From positions 3,551 to 67,550 of the forward strand of contig JACQCA010000025.1 of assembly GCA_016201865.1 (NCBI GenBank): a stretch of 64,000 bases of DNA, in the 5' to 3' direction. The notes beneath the pieces are model-generated. The model did no database searches, had not been told where the DNA came from, and worked only from the letters and a program-made list of their open reading frames with translations. This stretch comes from Nitrospirota bacterium. GTDB taxonomy: Bacteria; Nitrospirota; Nitrospiria; JACQBZ01. A program made the position numbers and the translations under genes. Below, piece by piece: positions 1 to 14,792 of the stretch (position 1 is its first letter; each line of letters begins with the position of its first letter).

Positions 1-1
1 C

Positions 2-621
2 ACGGTGACCAACAACGGCCCCTCAGAAGCTACGGACATAACGCTCACGGATACCTTGCCCACTGCCGTGACCTTTGTAGAAGGTACCTTCGAACAGGGA
101 GATTGCAGCGGTACCACCACGGCCATTTGCAACCTAGGAAATTTGGCCAGCGGCACCAGCACCACAGTGACGATCACCGTCACTCCTACCACATCGGGTA
201 CGATAACTAATACAGCCAGTGTGACTAGCAATGTGCCTGATCCCGATACAGCTAACAACAGCGCCACGGCCAGCACGACCGTATACGCTCCCTTGTCTGG
301 AGATAACGGCAGTAGTGGCCCTTGCTTCATCGCTACGGCAGCCTATGGGAGCTACCTTGCACCGGAGGTGCAGGTTTTAAGAAAGTTCAGAGATGACTAT
401 CTCATGACTAACTCAATTGGCAGGAGTTTTGTAGCGCTCTATTACGAAGTATCACCACCTATCGCAGGCGTTATTAGAGACCATGAAGCCCTAAGAGCCG
501 CCACTCGCTGGATTCTCGCACCCGTAATTTATGGCGTCTTGTACCCAGGGTTTTTTGTTTTGTTTGTTTCCGGAACCGCAGTGATTGTATTGGCCGGTCG
601 GAGGCTTAAGAGTAAACGAGA

Positions 622-628
<7 letters not shown>
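2..628 (+). CDS. DUF11-repeat surface protein with C-terminal CFI-box-CTERM domain (5' end outside window)
   Basis: [18 protein letters not shown]...[14 protein letters not shown]11-like repeat; [10 protein letters not shown]...LRKFRD motif; TM helix plus basic tail. Confidence 0.8.
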
Positions 629-3385
<2,757 letters not shown>

Positions 3386-3400
3386 TCAGGAGATCGTTTC

Positions 3401-3751
3401 ATGGCCCGTTGGAATCGAAGCAAGGAGACGGTTGAACGACACCAAAAACTTCGACGCCGCATCGTCTGGGGTATCGGGTTGGCCGTCTCGGTCTACCTTT
3501 TCGTTCCGTTGATCATCGGCGATATGGGATTGGCCAAATATTTCAAGATGCGAAGGACCTACTACCGGCTCCAACAGGAAATCCAACACCTGTCGGATGA
3601 AAATAAAAAAATAGAGGATGAGATCCGGGCCTTGCGGTCCGATCCGATCGAGATCGAACAGTCGGCGAGGACTCGATTGGGGCTGGTTCGCCCCGGAGAA
3701 ACGGTGTATCAATTCAAGCCGGTTTCCCCTTCCTCTGATCGATCTCCATGA
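3401..3751 (+). CDS. ftsB: septum formation initiator (FtsB/DivIC family)
   Basis: TM helix plus coiled coil, IEQSARTRLGLVRPGE; follows eno. Confidence 0.85.
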   Translation: MARWNRSKETVERHQKLRRRIVWGIGLAVSVYLFVPLIIGDMGLAKYFKMRRTYYRLQQEIQHLSDENKKIEDEIRALRSDPIEIEQSARTRLGLVRPGETVYQFKPVSPSSDRSP

Positions 3752-4665
3752 ATGAGGCCGTTTTTCATTCCGGTTTTATCTCGATCATCGGCCGGCCCAA
3801 CGTCGGCAAATCAACCCTCCTCAATCGGATCCTGCTGGAAAAAATCGCGATCGTCTCGGACAAACCCCAGACGACGCGCAACCGCATTTTAGGCGTCAAG
3901 CATCTTCCCCAGACCCAGATCGTTTTTCTGGACACGCCCGGAATCTACAAACCCAAGTATAAACTGAATCAACGGATGGTCAGGGTCGCCTTGTCAACCC
4001 TGGACGAAGTCGATCTGGTTTTTTTTCTGGTCGAGGCGACGGACGCCGTCTCAACCGGCCGGCGGGGACCGACGGCCGGAAGCGGCGATCAGTTCATCAT
4101 GGAGCGGTTGAAGGAGCTGGAGACCCCGGTCATTCTTGTGCTAAACAAGCTGGACCTGATCAAAAAGGAAAAAACGATCCCGCTGGTTGAGGAATATATG
4201 CGGCAGCATAAGTTTGCCGAGGTCGTCCCGATCTCGGCCCTGACCGGCGACAACGTGGACCGCCTGATCGAGGTGGCCGTGAAATACCTTCCGGAAGGCG
4301 AGCCGTTCTTTCCGCCGGATGTCGTGACGGACCAGCCGATCCGGTTTATCGCGGCCGAGACGATTCGGGAGAAAATCCTCCATCATACCCGGGAGGAGAT
4401 TCCGTACTCCGTGGCGGTCGTGATCGAGGAGTTCGTTGAGGAGCCGGAGAGGCCCGTTCATATCCGCGCCTTGATCCTGGTGGAACGGGATTCGCAAAAG
4501 GGGATTCTGATCGGGAAAAAGGGGGCGATGTTGAAGACGGTCGGGACCGAGGCCCGGCTGGAACTGGAAGCGCTGCTCGGTACGAAGGTTTTTTTGGAAC
4601 TGTGGGTCAAGGTTCAACAGGATTGGCGGTCGGATGAAAGTGTGCTTAAAGAGTTGGGGTATTGA
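3748..4665 (+). CDS. era: GTPase Era
   Basis: GRPNVGKSTL, DTPG, NKLD, KH domain GILIGKKG. Confidence 0.97.
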   Translation: MNEAVFHSGFISIIGRPNVGKSTLLNRILLEKIAIVSDKPQTTRNRILGVKHLPQTQIVFLDTPGIYKPKYKLNQRMVRVALSTLDEVDLVFFLVEATDAVSTGRRGPTAGSGDQFIMERLKELETPVILVLNKLDLIKKEKTIPLVEEYMRQHKFAEVVPISALTGDNVDRLIEVAVKYLPEGEPFFPPDVVTDQPIRFIAAETIREKILHHTREEIPYSVAVVIEEFVEEPERPVHIRALILVERDSQKGILIGKKGAMLKTVGTEARLELEALLGTKVFLELWVKVQQDWRSDESVLKELGY

Positions 4666-4697
4666 TACATATTGATACATGACGTATTTGATGGCTG

Positions 4698-4756
4698 GTA
4701 GGGGCAACCCTATGTGGTTGCCCAAATTCAGGGCGGCCACGCAGGGCCGCCCCTAC
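4698..4756. repeat. GTAG-family REP doublet
   Basis: GTAGGGGCAACC...GGTTGCCC, spacer, GGGCGGCC...GGCCGCCCCTAC: two inverted hairpins bounded by GTAG/CTAC. Confidence 0.8.
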
Positions 4757-4794
4757 ATGTCTTTAAGAATAACATTGGGGATGTAATACAACCC

Positions 4795-5517
4795 ATGTCT
4801 TTATTTGAAACAGAAGCCATTGTCCTTAAGACGATCCGCCTGGGAGAAGCCGATAAACTCGTTACGATTCTGACTGCCAAAAAAGGCAAGGTGAAGGCCG
4901 TGGCGAAGGGCGCGCGGCGGCCCCGCAGCCGTTTCGGCGCGGCCCTTGAACCCTTTACGCATTGCAATGTGATCCTGTTCGATAAAAAGCCGACGGTGCT
5001 GATGCGGATGAACCAGGCCGACATCCTTCATCCGTTCATCCGGATTCGCGAGGACCTGGAACGGATCGGTGCGGCGGCCCGGATGGTCCAACTGGCCTCG
5101 GCTATTTTACCGGAAGGGGAGGCCAACCCAAAAATCTTCTCGCTTCTGCAGGCCGGATTGGGCAAAGTCGAACGGAACGATCATCTGGAATGGCTGGTTC
5201 GTGTTTTTGAGATTCGCTGCCTGAAGCATGCCGGCTATCAGGCCCGACTGGATCATTGCCTGATCTGCCACAATGAACTGGATGCGAAGCCGGTCTATTT
5301 CTCGCCTAAGAACGGCGGAACACTCTGCGGTTCCTGCGCTCGAACGATCAGCGATCCGCTGGAGTTCGTTTCCTCAGGAACGATTTCTCTGTTGCGCCTT
5401 GCGGCCCGGATGAATTGGGCCGGACTGTTCCGCCTGAAGGCGACGCCCAAGATGCTCCAGGAAGTGAAGAACGTCATGGACGCACACCTCACCTATGTCA
5501 TCGGACGACCTCTTTGA
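4795..5517 (+). CDS. recO: DNA repair protein RecO
   Basis: EAIVLKTIRLGEADKLVTIL, AKGARRPRSRF, CxxC..CxxC; start moved to ATG 4795 because the upstream part is REP sequence. Confidence 0.95.
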   Translation: MSLFETEAIVLKTIRLGEADKLVTILTAKKGKVKAVAKGARRPRSRFGAALEPFTHCNVILFDKKPTVLMRMNQADILHPFIRIREDLERIGAAARMVQLASAILPEGEANPKIFSLLQAGLGKVERNDHLEWLVRVFEIRCLKHAGYQARLDHCLICHNELDAKPVYFSPKNGGTLCGSCARTISDPLEFVSSGTISLLRLAARMNWAGLFRLKATPKMLQEVKNVMDAHLTYVIGRPL

Positions 5518-5568
5518 GAGTTTGGACTCTTCTTGGTATCACACCGGTTTTCCTTTTCGACTTTCCCT

Positions 5569-5597
5569 TTGACAACCCCGCCGGATCTATTTATAAT
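5569..5597 (+). promoter_or_regulatory. sigma70 promoter upstream of lepA
   Basis: TTGACA-17nt-TATAAT, exact consensus. Confidence 0.85.
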
Positions 5598-5633
5598 AAC
5601 TCGATTTATAGAATTTAAGAGAGGGTAAAAAAC

Positions 5634-7430
5634 TTGCAGACGGCGATTCGAAATTTTTCAATCATCGCCCACATCGATCATGGAAAATCCACCTTAGCCG
5701 ATCGGATTCTGGAGCAGACCGGCGCCATCACTCTTCGGGAACAGCGCGATCAGATCCTGGATGACATGGATCTGGAGCGGGAACGCGGGATCACGATCAA
5801 GGCCCATGCGGTTCGGCTCGAATACCAAGCCGAAGACGGCAAGCTCTACCATCTTCATCTGATCGACACGCCGGGCCATGTGGACTTCACCTATGAGGTT
5901 TCACGGAGTCTGGCCGCCTGCGAGGGCGTACTGCTGGTCGTGGATGCTACGCAGGGCGTGGAGGCCCAGACGATCGCCAATGCCTATCTGGCAATGGAAA
6001 ACAACCTCGTCATTCTGCCCGTGATCAACAAGATCGACCTTCCCAGCGCCGACGTCGAGAAAGTGGCGCGGCAGATCAAGGAGGTGCTTGGAATAGACCG
6101 CGCCGAGGCCATATTGGCCAGCGCCAAGGAGGGAGTCGGGATCAAAGAAATCTTAGAGGCAATCATCCGGCGCATCCCGCCGCCTCACGGCAATCCGGAC
6201 AAACCGCTCAAGGCGCTGATCTTTGATTCCTGGTTCGATAATTATCAAGGGGCGGTGGTGCTGACCCGCGTGATTGACGGCCGGGTGGGGATCGGTTCCA
6301 AGATCCGGCTGATGTCCACGCAGAAGGAGTTCGAGGTGATGGATCTCGGATTCCTGACGCCGAAAAAGAAGCCGGTTCAAGAACTGACCGCAGGCGAAGT
6401 CGGCTACCTGATCGCCGGTTTTAGAAAGGTGAGCGACACGAAGATCGGCGAGACGATCACGGATGCGCTCCATCCAACGAGCGAACCGCTTCCGGGCTAT
6501 AAAGAGATCAAGCCGATGGTCTTCTGCGGGCTGTATGCCGTCGACAGCGCCCAATTCGAGGACCTGCGGGACGCGCTCGAGAAACTGCGCTTAAACGATG
6601 CGTCCTTTACGTATGAGCCGGAAACCTCGCTCGCACTGGGATTCGGATTCCGGTGCGGTTTCCTCGGACTCCTTCATATGGAGATCATTCAGGAGCGTCT
6701 GGAGCGCGAGTATAGTCTGAACCTGATCAGCACGGCCCCGACCGTCATCTACAAGATCCTGACCCAGCAGGGCGAATGGCTCTCGATCGATAACCCGGCG
6801 AAGCTTCCCGATCCGTCCCATATCCAGCGGTTTGAAGAACCCTATATCCGCGCCGCGATTCTGACGCGGGAGGACTATGTCGGATCGCTGCTGGCCCTCT
6901 GCCAGGAAAAGCGGGGCGTTCAGATCGAGCTGAACTATCTCGACGTGGATCGCGTAATGCTGGTCTATGAGATCCCGCTGAACGAGATCATCATGGATTT
7001 CTATGACCGGCTGAAATCGGTCAGCAAAGGATACGCCTCGTTGGACTATGAGCATATCGGCTATCGCGAATCGGACCTGGTAAAGGTGGATCTCCTGTTG
7101 AACGGCGAGAACGTGGACGCGCTGTCCTTTATCGTCCACAAGGAGAAGGCCTATACCCGCGCGCGGCTGATCTGCGAGAAGTTGAAGGAGGTCATCCCCA
7201 GGCAGATGTTCGAGGTGGCGATCCAGGCCGCGATCGGCAGCAAGATCATCGCCCGAGAGACGATCGGGGCGATGCGGAAAAACGTCACCGCCAAATGCTA
7301 CGGCGGGGACATCACACGAAAGAGGAAATTATGGGAGAAACAGAAGGAAGGAAAGAAACGTATGAAACAGGTCGGGAAGGTGGAGGTCCCCCAAGAGGCG
7401 TTTCTCGCCCTGTTGAAGGTGAAAGAATAG
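5634..7430 (+). CDS. lepA: elongation factor 4
   Basis: [33 protein letters not shown] start. Confidence 0.98.
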   Translation: MQTAIRNFSIIAHIDHGKSTLADRILEQTGAITLREQRDQILDDMDLERERGITIKAHAVRLEYQAEDGKLYHLHLIDTPGHVDFTYEVSRSLAACEGVLLVVDATQGVEAQTIANAYLAMENNLVILPVINKIDLPSADVEKVARQIKEVLGIDRAEAILASAKEGVGIKEILEAIIRRIPPPHGNPDKPLKALIFDSWFDNYQGAVVLTRVIDGRVGIGSKIRLMSTQKEFEVMDLGFLTPKKKPVQELTAGEVGYLIAGFRKVSDTKIGETITDALHPTSEPLPGYKEIKPMVFCGLYAVDSAQFEDLRDALEKLRLNDASFTYEPETSLALGFGFRCGFLGLLHMEIIQERLEREYSLNLISTAPTVIYKILTQQGEWLSIDNPAKLPDPSHIQRFEEPYIRAAILTREDYVGSLLALCQEKRGVQIELNYLDVDRVMLVYEIPLNEIIMDFYDRLKSVSKGYASLDYEHIGYRESDLVKVDLLLNGENVDALSFIVHKEKAYTRARLICEKLKEVIPRQMFEVAIQAAIGSKIIARETIGAMRKNVTAKCYGGDITRKRKLWEKQKEGKKRMKQVGKVEVPQEAFLALLKVKE

Positions 7431-8068
7431 CGCCGCCCTTATCAGATCGCATCCGATCCCGGTCGCGATCCGCGATTCGGGAATACACGGAAGCGATCGT
7501 CGTCGCCGTTCTCCTGGCCCTATTCATACGAACCTTTATCGTTCAGGCATTCAAGATCCCCTCCGGCTCCATGATCGAGACGCTCCAGATCGGGGATCAT
7601 ATCCTGGTCAATAAGTTCCTGTACGGGGTCAAGATCCCGTACACCGATCTTGATCTGTTTCCAATCCGAGCGCCGCACCGGATGGACATCGTCGTCTTTA
7701 AATATCCGGAGGACGAGACGAAGGATTTCATCAAACGGGTCATCGGCGAACCGGGGGACGTGGTCGAAGTCCGCAACAAAACGGTTTACGTGAACGATCG
7801 GCCCTTGGTCGAACCGTACACCATTCACCGCGACCCGATGGTCTTCCCGCCCGGCAGTCAATCCCCGCGGGACAATTGGGGGCCGATCACCGTTCCGGAG
7901 GAGTCGTATTTCGTCATGGGGGACAACCGCGACCAAAGCCTGGACAGCCGCTTCTGGGGATTCGTGAAACGGCAGAAAATCAAAGGGAAGGCCTTCGTGA
8001 TCTATTGGTCGTGGGACGGCCCGAACACCTGGGTGCGATGGAACCGAATCGGCCATTTGATTTCGTGA
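7331..8068 (+). CDS. lepB: signal peptidase I (start uncertain)
   Basis: [27 protein letters not shown]; nearest canonical start (ATG 7331) overlaps lepA by 100 nt. Confidence 0.93.
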   Translation: MGETEGRKETYETGREGGGPPRGVSRPVEGERIAPPLSDRIRSRSRSAIREYTEAIVVAVLLALFIRTFIVQAFKIPSGSMIETLQIGDHILVNKFLYGVKIPYTDLDLFPIRAPHRMDIVVFKYPEDETKDFIKRVIGEPGDVVEVRNKTVYVNDRPLVEPYTIHRDPMVFPPGSQSPRDNWGPITVPEESYFVMGDNRDQSLDSRFWGFVKRQKIKGKAFVIYWSWDGPNTWVRWNRIGHLIS

Positions 8069-9105
8069 GCGCGAAAATGAAAAACAACAAACCGACTTCG
8101 GGTCGTCGGTTCGCTCGGTACCTGAAACGTTTTTCAAACGTCCGTCTCCTGGTCGTCGGCGATCTGATGCTGGATCACTATATCTGGGGCCGGGTCGAAC
8201 GCATCTCCCCGGAGGCCCCGGTTCCGGTCGTGGCCGTCTCGAACGAATCCATCCATCTGGGCGGCGCGGCGAATGTGGCGCAAAACATCGTCTCTCTGGG
8301 AGGAAAGGTCGATCTCTGCGGCGTGATCGGGAAGGACGATTTCGGCGGACGGATCCTGCGGGAATTGAAACGGGTCAAGATCAAAACGGACGGGATTATT
8401 CCGGATGCCGAGCGTCCGACCACGAAGAAAACCCGCGTGATCGCGCACAACCAGCAGGTGGTCCGGTTTGACCGCGAACGGCGTCAGGCCGTTTCCGATG
8501 AGGTCCGTCGCGCCGTACTGGAATTCATCGGCCGCCGCGTCCGCCATGTGGACGGAATTGTCGTCTCGGATTACGCCAAGGGCCTGATCACGGAAGACCT
8601 GATGCGGGAGGTGATCGGCCTGGCTCATCAACACGGGGTGCGGACGATGGTGGATCCCAAGGTGGCTCATATGCCGTTTTATAAAGGCGTGGATCTGATC
8701 ACGCCCAACGCGATGGAAGCCTTGGGAGCGGCCGGACTGGAAGGCCTGCCTGCCGGTCCGGCGGGCGCGTCGAGCGATGATCTCGATCGGGCCGGACGAA
8801 TCTTGCTGGATCGGTTGGGCTGTCAGGCCGTCCTGATTACCCGTGGAGAGCAGGGGATGAGCCTGTTCGAAAGCAACGGCAAGACGACTCATATCCCGAC
8901 CGTCGCCCGAGAGGTGTTCGACGTCACCGGCGCGGGCGACACCGTCATCGCCGCACTGGCCTTGGGGCTGTGCGCCGGCGCCCGGATGCCGGAGGCGGCC
9001 GTCCTGGCCAATCATGCCGCCGGCCTCGTGGTCGAAATCGTCGGGACGACCGCGGTTCAACAGGCGCAACTGGCCCGCTTTTTACGTGAAGGAGCCGCCT
9101 CGTGA
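8065..9105 (+). CDS. rfaE1: D-glycero-D-manno-heptose-7-phosphate kinase (RfaE domain I)
   Basis: VVGDLMLDHY, RISPEAPVPV, SDYAKG, DVTGAGDT; start GTG 8065 or ATG 8077. Confidence 0.93.
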   Translation: MSAKMKNNKPTSGRRFARYLKRFSNVRLLVVGDLMLDHYIWGRVERISPEAPVPVVAVSNESIHLGGAANVAQNIVSLGGKVDLCGVIGKDDFGGRILRELKRVKIKTDGIIPDAERPTTKKTRVIAHNQQVVRFDRERRQAVSDEVRRAVLEFIGRRVRHVDGIVVSDYAKGLITEDLMREVIGLAHQHGVRTMVDPKVAHMPFYKGVDLITPNAMEALGAAGLEGLPAGPAGASSDDLDRAGRILLDRLGCQAVLITRGEQGMSLFESNGKTTHIPTVAREVFDVTGAGDTVIAALALGLCAGARMPEAAVLANHAAGLVVEIVGTTAVQQAQLARFLREGAAS

Positions 9106-9857
9106 AAACGGTCGTCGTCATACCGGCGCGTTATGCCTCCAGCCGCTTTCCGGGAAAACCCTTGATCCCGATCGGAGGCAAGCCGCTGGTCCGGCAGGTC
9201 TGGGAACAGGCGCGGAAGAGCCGACGGGCGGAACGGGTCGTGGTGGCGACGGACGATGAACGGATCCGCGCGGCGGTGGCTTCTTTCGGAGGGGACGTCG
9301 TGATGACCGAAGGCGAATTCCGCACCGGGACGGATCGGCTGGCCGGGGTCGCCGGGCGGATCGCGGCGGATGCCTACCTGAATCTTCAAGGCGATGAGTT
9401 CATTCAGGATCCGCGGATCCTGGACGACCTGATCGCCCGTTTCATTGAGGCGCAGCCGCTTTCAGTCGGAACGCTCAAGCAACCGATGAGGGAAGCGGCC
9501 GAGGGAACGAACCCGAACGTGGTCAAAGTCGTGACGGATCAGGAAGGATACGCCCTTTATTTCTCCCGGTCGGCGATCCCGTTCCATCGCGACCGTGAAA
9601 CGACCCCGGGATCCGGAGCGGTTCCGTTCTACAAGCACCTCGGCATCTATATTTATCGAAAGGATGCGCTTCTGAAATTCGCGCAGCTCCCGACCGGCGT
9701 TCTGGAAGAGCGGGAAAAATTAGAGCAGCTTCGCGCGCTGGAAAACGGAATCCGGATCAAGGTATGGGAAACCGCTTACGAATCCCTGCGCATCGACACG
9801 AAAGAGGATGCCGAAGAAGCGGAACGGCGCTTGATGAAAGCGGGAGCCGCGAACTGA
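9102..9857 (+). CDS. kdsB: CMP-KDO synthetase
   Basis: [29 protein letters not shown]. Confidence 0.96.
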   Translation: MKTVVVIPARYASSRFPGKPLIPIGGKPLVRQVWEQARKSRRAERVVVATDDERIRAAVASFGGDVVMTEGEFRTGTDRLAGVAGRIAADAYLNLQGDEFIQDPRILDDLIARFIEAQPLSVGTLKQPMREAAEGTNPNVVKVVTDQEGYALYFSRSAIPFHRDRETTPGSGAVPFYKHLGIYIYRKDALLKFAQLPTGVLEEREKLEQLRALENGIRIKVWETAYESLRIDTKEDAEEAERRLMKAGAAN

Positions 9858-9858
9858 G

Positions 9859-11481
9859 ATGACGGCAGAACGGACTTCGAAGAGAACCAAGTACATCTTC
9901 GTCACCGGCGGAGTGGTTTCCTCGCTGGGGAAGGGGTTGGCCTCGGCCTCGATCGGAAACCTGCTCGAGAGCCGCGGGTTGACCGTCACCTTCCTGAAGC
10001 TGGACCCCTACATCAACGTGGACCCGGGGACGATGAATCCCTATCAGCACGGCGAGGTCTACGTGACGGACGACGGGGCCGAGACGGATCTGGACCTGGG
10101 CCATTACGAACGATTCACGTCGGTCGTGATGTCGCAGAAAAATAACTCGACCGCCGGGAAGATCTACTACAGCATCATCACCAAAGAGCGTCGCGGCGAT
10201 TATCTGGGCGGGACGGTTCAGGTGGTGCCGCACGTGACGGATGAGATCAAGAGCACAATCCGACGCGTGGCCGACGGCATGGACGTCGTCATCGTCGAGA
10301 TCGGCGGGACGGTCGGAGATATCGAGAGCCTGCCCTTTTTAGAGGCCATTCGGCAGTTCCCGTTCGACGTCGGCCGCGAAAACGTCCTCTACATTCACGT
10401 CACCCTCGTTCCGTTCATCAAGACGGCGGACGAATTGAAGACGAAGCCGACCCAACACAGCGTGAACAAGCTTCGGGAGATCGGTATTCAGCCGAACATC
10501 CTCCTCTGCCGCACCGACCGCCTGCTGTCGGACGACGTCAAAAAGAAGATCGCGTTGTTCAGCAATCTCGAAGCCGAGGCGGTCATCACGGCCAAAGACG
10601 TCGACACCATCTATGACGTGCCGCTCGTTTTCCACGAGGAAGGGCTGGATGCGCTGATCATCCGGCAGCTTCGCCTCGACACGAGGCCGCCGGTCTTAGA
10701 TCCCTGGCGGGAGTTGGTGGAACGGATAAGGCATCCCAAACACCGTGTTCAGATCGCGCTGGTCGGAAAATACATCGAGCTGAAGGAGTCGTATAAGAGT
10801 CTCTCCGAGGCGCTGACCCACGGCGGGCTGGCCCATTACTGCGGGGTGGAGGTGATGTGGGTGGATGCCGAACGGATCGAACGCCAGGACGCCGCGTCGT
10901 TTTTGAAAGAGGCCGACGGCATCTTAATCCCGGGCGGTTTCGGAAACCGCGGCATTGAAGGAAAGATCGAGGCAATCCGATTCGCTCGGGAATCCAAAAC
11001 GCCGTTTTTGGGCATCTGCCTCGGGATGCAGTGCGCCGCGATCGAGTTCGGTCGCAACGTGGCCGGGCTTGCGGGAGCGAACAGTTCCGAGTTCGATCCG
11101 AAGACCCCTCACCCGGTCATTGATCTGATTCCGTCTCAAAAGAACCTCGATGATAAAGGCGGGACGATGCGTCTGGGGGCTTACCCCTGTGAGATCCGGA
11201 AGGACAGCCGGGCCTACCGGGCCTACCGGAGCGACCTGGTGGCGGAACGCCACCGTCACCGGTATGAATTCAACAATCATTATCTGGAAATCTTTGAAAA
11301 GGCGGGGATGAAGGTCAGCGGCATCTATCCTCAAGAACAGTTGGTCGAGATCATCGAGCTGGACGACCACCCCTGGTTCTTGGCCACGCAGTTTCATCCC
11401 GAGTTCCGTTCGCGGCCGACCGCACCGCACCCGATTTTCCATGACTTTATCGGAGCGGCGCTTGAGGGTTCAAAGAAATAG
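9859..11481 (+). CDS. pyrG: CTP synthase
   Basis: [23 protein letters not shown]. Confidence 0.98.
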   Translation: MTAERTSKRTKYIFVTGGVVSSLGKGLASASIGNLLESRGLTVTFLKLDPYINVDPGTMNPYQHGEVYVTDDGAETDLDLGHYERFTSVVMSQKNNSTAGKIYYSIITKERRGDYLGGTVQVVPHVTDEIKSTIRRVADGMDVVIVEIGGTVGDIESLPFLEAIRQFPFDVGRENVLYIHVTLVPFIKTADELKTKPTQHSVNKLREIGIQPNILLCRTDRLLSDDVKKKIALFSNLEAEAVITAKDVDTIYDVPLVFHEEGLDALIIRQLRLDTRPPVLDPWRELVERIRHPKHRVQIALVGKYIELKESYKSLSEALTHGGLAHYCGVEVMWVDAERIERQDAASFLKEADGILIPGGFGNRGIEGKIEAIRFARESKTPFLGICLGMQCAAIEFGRNVAGLAGANSSEFDPKTPHPVIDLIPSQKNLDDKGGTMRLGAYPCEIRKDSRAYRAYRSDLVAERHRHRYEFNNHYLEIFEKAGMKVSGIYPQEQLVEIIELDDHPWFLATQFHPEFRSRPTAPHPIFHDFIGAALEGSKK

Positions 11482-12318
11482 ATGCAGACGATCAAACTTT
11501 CTCATTTTACCATCGGACAAGGCCGCCGACTGTTTCTGATCGCGGGGCCTTGCGTGATCGAGGCCGAGAAGCTGATGGTCGAGACGGCCCGGCAGATCAA
11601 AAAGATCGCGGCCGACCTTTCGATCCCGCTCATTTTCAAATCGTCCTACGATAAAGCGAATCGCAGCTCGGGCAGGTCTTTTCGGGGCCCCGGCCTGGTC
11701 AAAGGGCTCAAAATTTTGCGGAAGATCAAGGAGGAGTTCGAGCTTCCGGTTCTCTCCGATATCCATACTGTACAGGAGGCCGACGCGGCGGCCGAGGTCT
11801 TGGATATCATCCAAATTCCGGCCTTTCTTTGCCGGCAGACCGATTTATTGGTCGCAGCCGCGAAGACCGGATGCATCGTCAATGTCAAGAAAGGCCAATT
11901 CATGGCCCCCTGGGAAATGGGGAATGCGGTTGAAAAGATCGAGTCCGCGGGATGCCGTAAAATTCTTTTGACCGATCGGGGAGTGAGCTTCGGCTACAAC
12001 AACCTGGTTTCGGATATGAGGGCCATTCCGATCATGCAACGGTTCGGCTATCCGGTGGTGTTTGACGCGACGCACAGCGTGCAGCTTCCGGGCGCCGCCG
12101 GGAAGAGCTCGTCCGGCCAACGGGAATTCGTGCCCACGCTTGCGCGCGCGGCCGTGGCGGCGGGCTGCGACGGCCTGTTCATGGAGGTCCATCCGGATCC
12201 GGATCATGCCCCGTCCGATGGGCCGAACATGGTTCCGTTGAAGGAGTTGCCGGCGCTTTTAAGACAGGTGAAACGGATCCACGAAGCGGCAAGGGATGCG
12301 GTTCAAAGCCATGATTGA
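11482..12318 (+). CDS. kdsA: KDO 8-phosphate synthase
   Basis: AGPCVIE, DKANRSS, DATHSVQ, SDGPN. Confidence 0.97.
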   Translation: MQTIKLSHFTIGQGRRLFLIAGPCVIEAEKLMVETARQIKKIAADLSIPLIFKSSYDKANRSSGRSFRGPGLVKGLKILRKIKEEFELPVLSDIHTVQEADAAAEVLDIIQIPAFLCRQTDLLVAAAKTGCIVNVKKGQFMAPWEMGNAVEKIESAGCRKILLTDRGVSFGYNNLVSDMRAIPIMQRFGYPVVFDATHSVQLPGAAGKSSSGQREFVPTLARAAVAAGCDGLFMEVHPDPDHAPSDGPNMVPLKELPALLRQVKRIHEAARDAVQSHD

Positions 12319-13270
12319 AGAAACAGCCAAAACGGTATTGCGTCTGGAGGCCCTTGCGATCCAAGAACTGGTCAAGCGGATCGATCGCAATTTCATGCAG
12401 GCGATCGGGATATTGCACGACTGCAAAGGCCGGGTCGTTGTCACCGGAATGGGAAAATCCGGGCTGATCGGAAAAAAGATCGCGGCCACGTTGGCCAGCA
12501 CCGGAACCCCGGCCTTCTTTCTGCATCCGGCCGAAGGGATTCACGGCGATCTGGGAATGGTCTCGCGCGGCGATGTGGTGATCGTCATTTCCAACAGCGG
12601 CGAGACCGAGGAATTAATCAAGATCCTTCCGGCACTGAAACGCCTTGCCGTGCCGCTCATCTGCCTGACCGGAAATACCCGGTCCACGCTGGCGAAGAAC
12701 AGCGATATCGTGATCGACGTCGGCGTCAAGGAAGAGGCCGGTCCTTTGGGGCTGGTGCCCACGGCCAGCACGACCGCCGCGCTGGCGATGGGCGACGCTC
12801 TTTCGATCGCGCTGCTGGAAAAACGGGGTTTCAAAGAGGAGGATTTCGCCTATTTTCATCCCGGCGGAAGCCTGGGTAAAAAACTGCTTCTCAAAGTCTC
12901 GGATGTTTGGCATCACGGCGCCGCGGTGCCCCGGGTCACCGAAAAAACCCCTCTTAAGGACGTCATCATCGAAATGACGTCCAAGAAGCTTGGAATGACG
13001 TCGGTCGTCAACGCCCGTGGAAAACTGTCGGGGGTGATCACGGACGGCGATCTTCGCCGGTTGATGGAACGCGAGCGGGCGCCGATGCGTCTTAAGGCGT
13101 CCGATGCGATGACGCGCAGGCCCAAGGTCATCGGCCCCGACGCCTTGGCGGTCAAGGCCGTCCAGGTCATGGAACAGTATTCCATCACGGCCTTGGTCGT
13201 CGTGGACGCAAAGCGGAAGGTGGTCGGCGTCGTTCATCTCCATGATCTGTTGAAAACCGGCGTCGTCTGA
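12311..13270 (+). CDS. kdsD: arabinose-5-phosphate isomerase (KpsF/GutQ)
   Basis: [27 protein letters not shown] pair. Confidence 0.95.
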   Translation: MIEETAKTVLRLEALAIQELVKRIDRNFMQAIGILHDCKGRVVVTGMGKSGLIGKKIAATLASTGTPAFFLHPAEGIHGDLGMVSRGDVVIVISNSGETEELIKILPALKRLAVPLICLTGNTRSTLAKNSDIVIDVGVKEEAGPLGLVPTASTTAALAMGDALSIALLEKRGFKEEDFAYFHPGGSLGKKLLLKVSDVWHHGAAVPRVTEKTPLKDVIIEMTSKKLGMTSVVNARGKLSGVITDGDLRRLMERERAPMRLKASDAMTRRPKVIGPDALAVKAVQVMEQYSITALVVVDAKRKVVGVVHLHDLLKTGVV

Positions 13271-13285
13271 ATCGAATCGGCTCCC

Positions 13286-13828
13286 ATGAAGAGATTCTCA
13301 AAAAAAATTTTAGAGAAGGCCCGGCGGGTGAAGTTTCTCCTGCTGGATGTCGACGGCGTCATGACGGACGGCACGATCTATCTGGACGCCGATGGAAGGG
13401 AAACGAAGGCCTTTAATATCTACGACGGCTCCGGCATCCATCTCGTCCGAAAAGCCGGCGTGCAAGTAGGAATCATTACGGGACGGCAGTCGGTAATCGT
13501 GGATTATCGAGCCAAAGAGCTTGGAATCACCGAGGTACACCAGAAGATCCTGGACAAGGTCAAGGTCTACGATGAGATTCTGCGGACGTACGGTTTGGAG
13601 GATTCGGAGATGGCCTATGTCGGCGACGACATCATCGACCTTCCGATCCTCAAGCGGGTCGGCCTGTCGGTCGCGGTCCCGAACGCCCATCCGGAGGTGA
13701 GGGCCCAAGTGGACTGGGTGACTCAGAAAGCGGGAGGCTGCGGCGCCATCCGTGAAGTGACGGATCTCCTGTCGGCCGTTAGAAAACCACAACAACCGTC
13801 ATCGAAGCCGCAGAGGGCCCTTCGATAG
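13286..13828 (+). CDS. kdsC: KDO 8-phosphate phosphatase
   Basis: LDVDGVMTDG, GDDIIDL, GGCGAIRE. Confidence 0.95.
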   Translation: MKRFSKKILEKARRVKFLLLDVDGVMTDGTIYLDADGRETKAFNIYDGSGIHLVRKAGVQVGIITGRQSVIVDYRAKELGITEVHQKILDKVKVYDEILRTYGLEDSEMAYVGDDIIDLPILKRVGLSVAVPNAHPEVRAQVDWVTQKAGGCGAIREVTDLLSAVRKPQQPSSKPQRALR

Positions 13829-13853
13829 GGCCCCGGCTTCAAGGTCGCGCCCG

Positions 13854-14792
13854 ATGTCCCGGACGCCGCTCGGCAGACAAATGCAAACACTGCTCCGCCT
13901 TCTTCTCCGGGCGGCGTTGTCGGGATCCCGCTTCATTTCGAAATGGATCCCGCGTCCTCTGGGACTCCAACTGGGGAGCGGTCTCGGCTCGATGGCCTAT
14001 TTTTTCCTTTATAAGGAGCGCCGTCGGGCGCTTCATCATCTTCGATCGGCATTGGGAGGGGAACGGTCACCCGAAGACTGCCGCCGGATCGCCCTCGAGA
14101 GCTTTCGGAATTTAGGCAAAACCTTCTTTGAGGTCTTGACGCTGGACCGGTTGACGCGGGATGAGATCGACCGGCTTGTGCGGTTTGAAGGGGAGGAATC
14201 GCTCAAAGCGGCCGCAGCCCTCGGACGAGGCGTTATTTTTATCACGGGTCATATCGGCAACTGGGAGCTGTTGGCGATGGCGGTGGCCGCGCGTTATCCT
14301 CTGGCCGTGGTGGCCGCGCCGATTTATGATCCGCGCGTGGAGAAGATCATCGTCCGCCTTCGCGCCGCGCACGGCGTCGAAACGCTGATACGGAACAGTC
14401 CCGGATATTTAAGGCGGCTGATTGCGATGCTCCGAAGGGGAGGCGTGGCCGGCCTCTTAATCGACCAGGACACGAAAACAGAGGGTGTCTTTGTGCCGTT
14501 TTTTCACCGTGAGGCCTATACTCCGACGGGCGCCGCAAGCCTCGCCTTCCGCACCGGCGCCGCCGTGGTGGCAGGATTTATCTTGAGAGATTCAACGGAC
14601 CGGCATCGCGTGATCCTTCAGGGCCCTTTGACATTGACACGTTCCGGAGAAATGGAACAGGATATACGGAACGAAACCGCCCGGTTCACAAAGATGATCG
14701 AGAACCAAATCCGAAAAACGCCGGAACAATGGATATGGATGCATCGGCGGTGGCGGACGGAAAAGAACGATACGGAGGAATCATCCGCATGA
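13854..14792 (+). CDS. lipid A late (lauroyl-type) acyltransferase, LpxL family
   Basis: GHIGNWE, LIDQD, PEQWIWMHRRW. Confidence 0.9.
   Translation: MSRTPLGRQMQTLLRLLLRAALSGSRFISKWIPRPLGLQLGSGLGSMAYFFLYKERRRALHHLRSALGGERSPEDCRRIALESFRNLGKTFFEVLTLDRLTRDEIDRLVRFEGEESLKAAAALGRGVIFITGHIGNWELLAMAVAARYPLAVVAAPIYDPRVEKIIVRLRAAHGVETLIRNSPGYLRRLIAMLRRGGVAGLLIDQDTKTEGVFVPFFHREAYTPTGAASLAFRTGAAVVAGFILRDSTDRHRVILQGPLTLTRSGEMEQDIRNETARFTKMIENQIRKTPEQWIWMHRRWRTEKNDTEESSA

Noticed and set aside
4714..4794. N-terminal extension of recO in the ORF track
   Set aside because: Translates REP sequence; RecO similarity starts at ATG 4795
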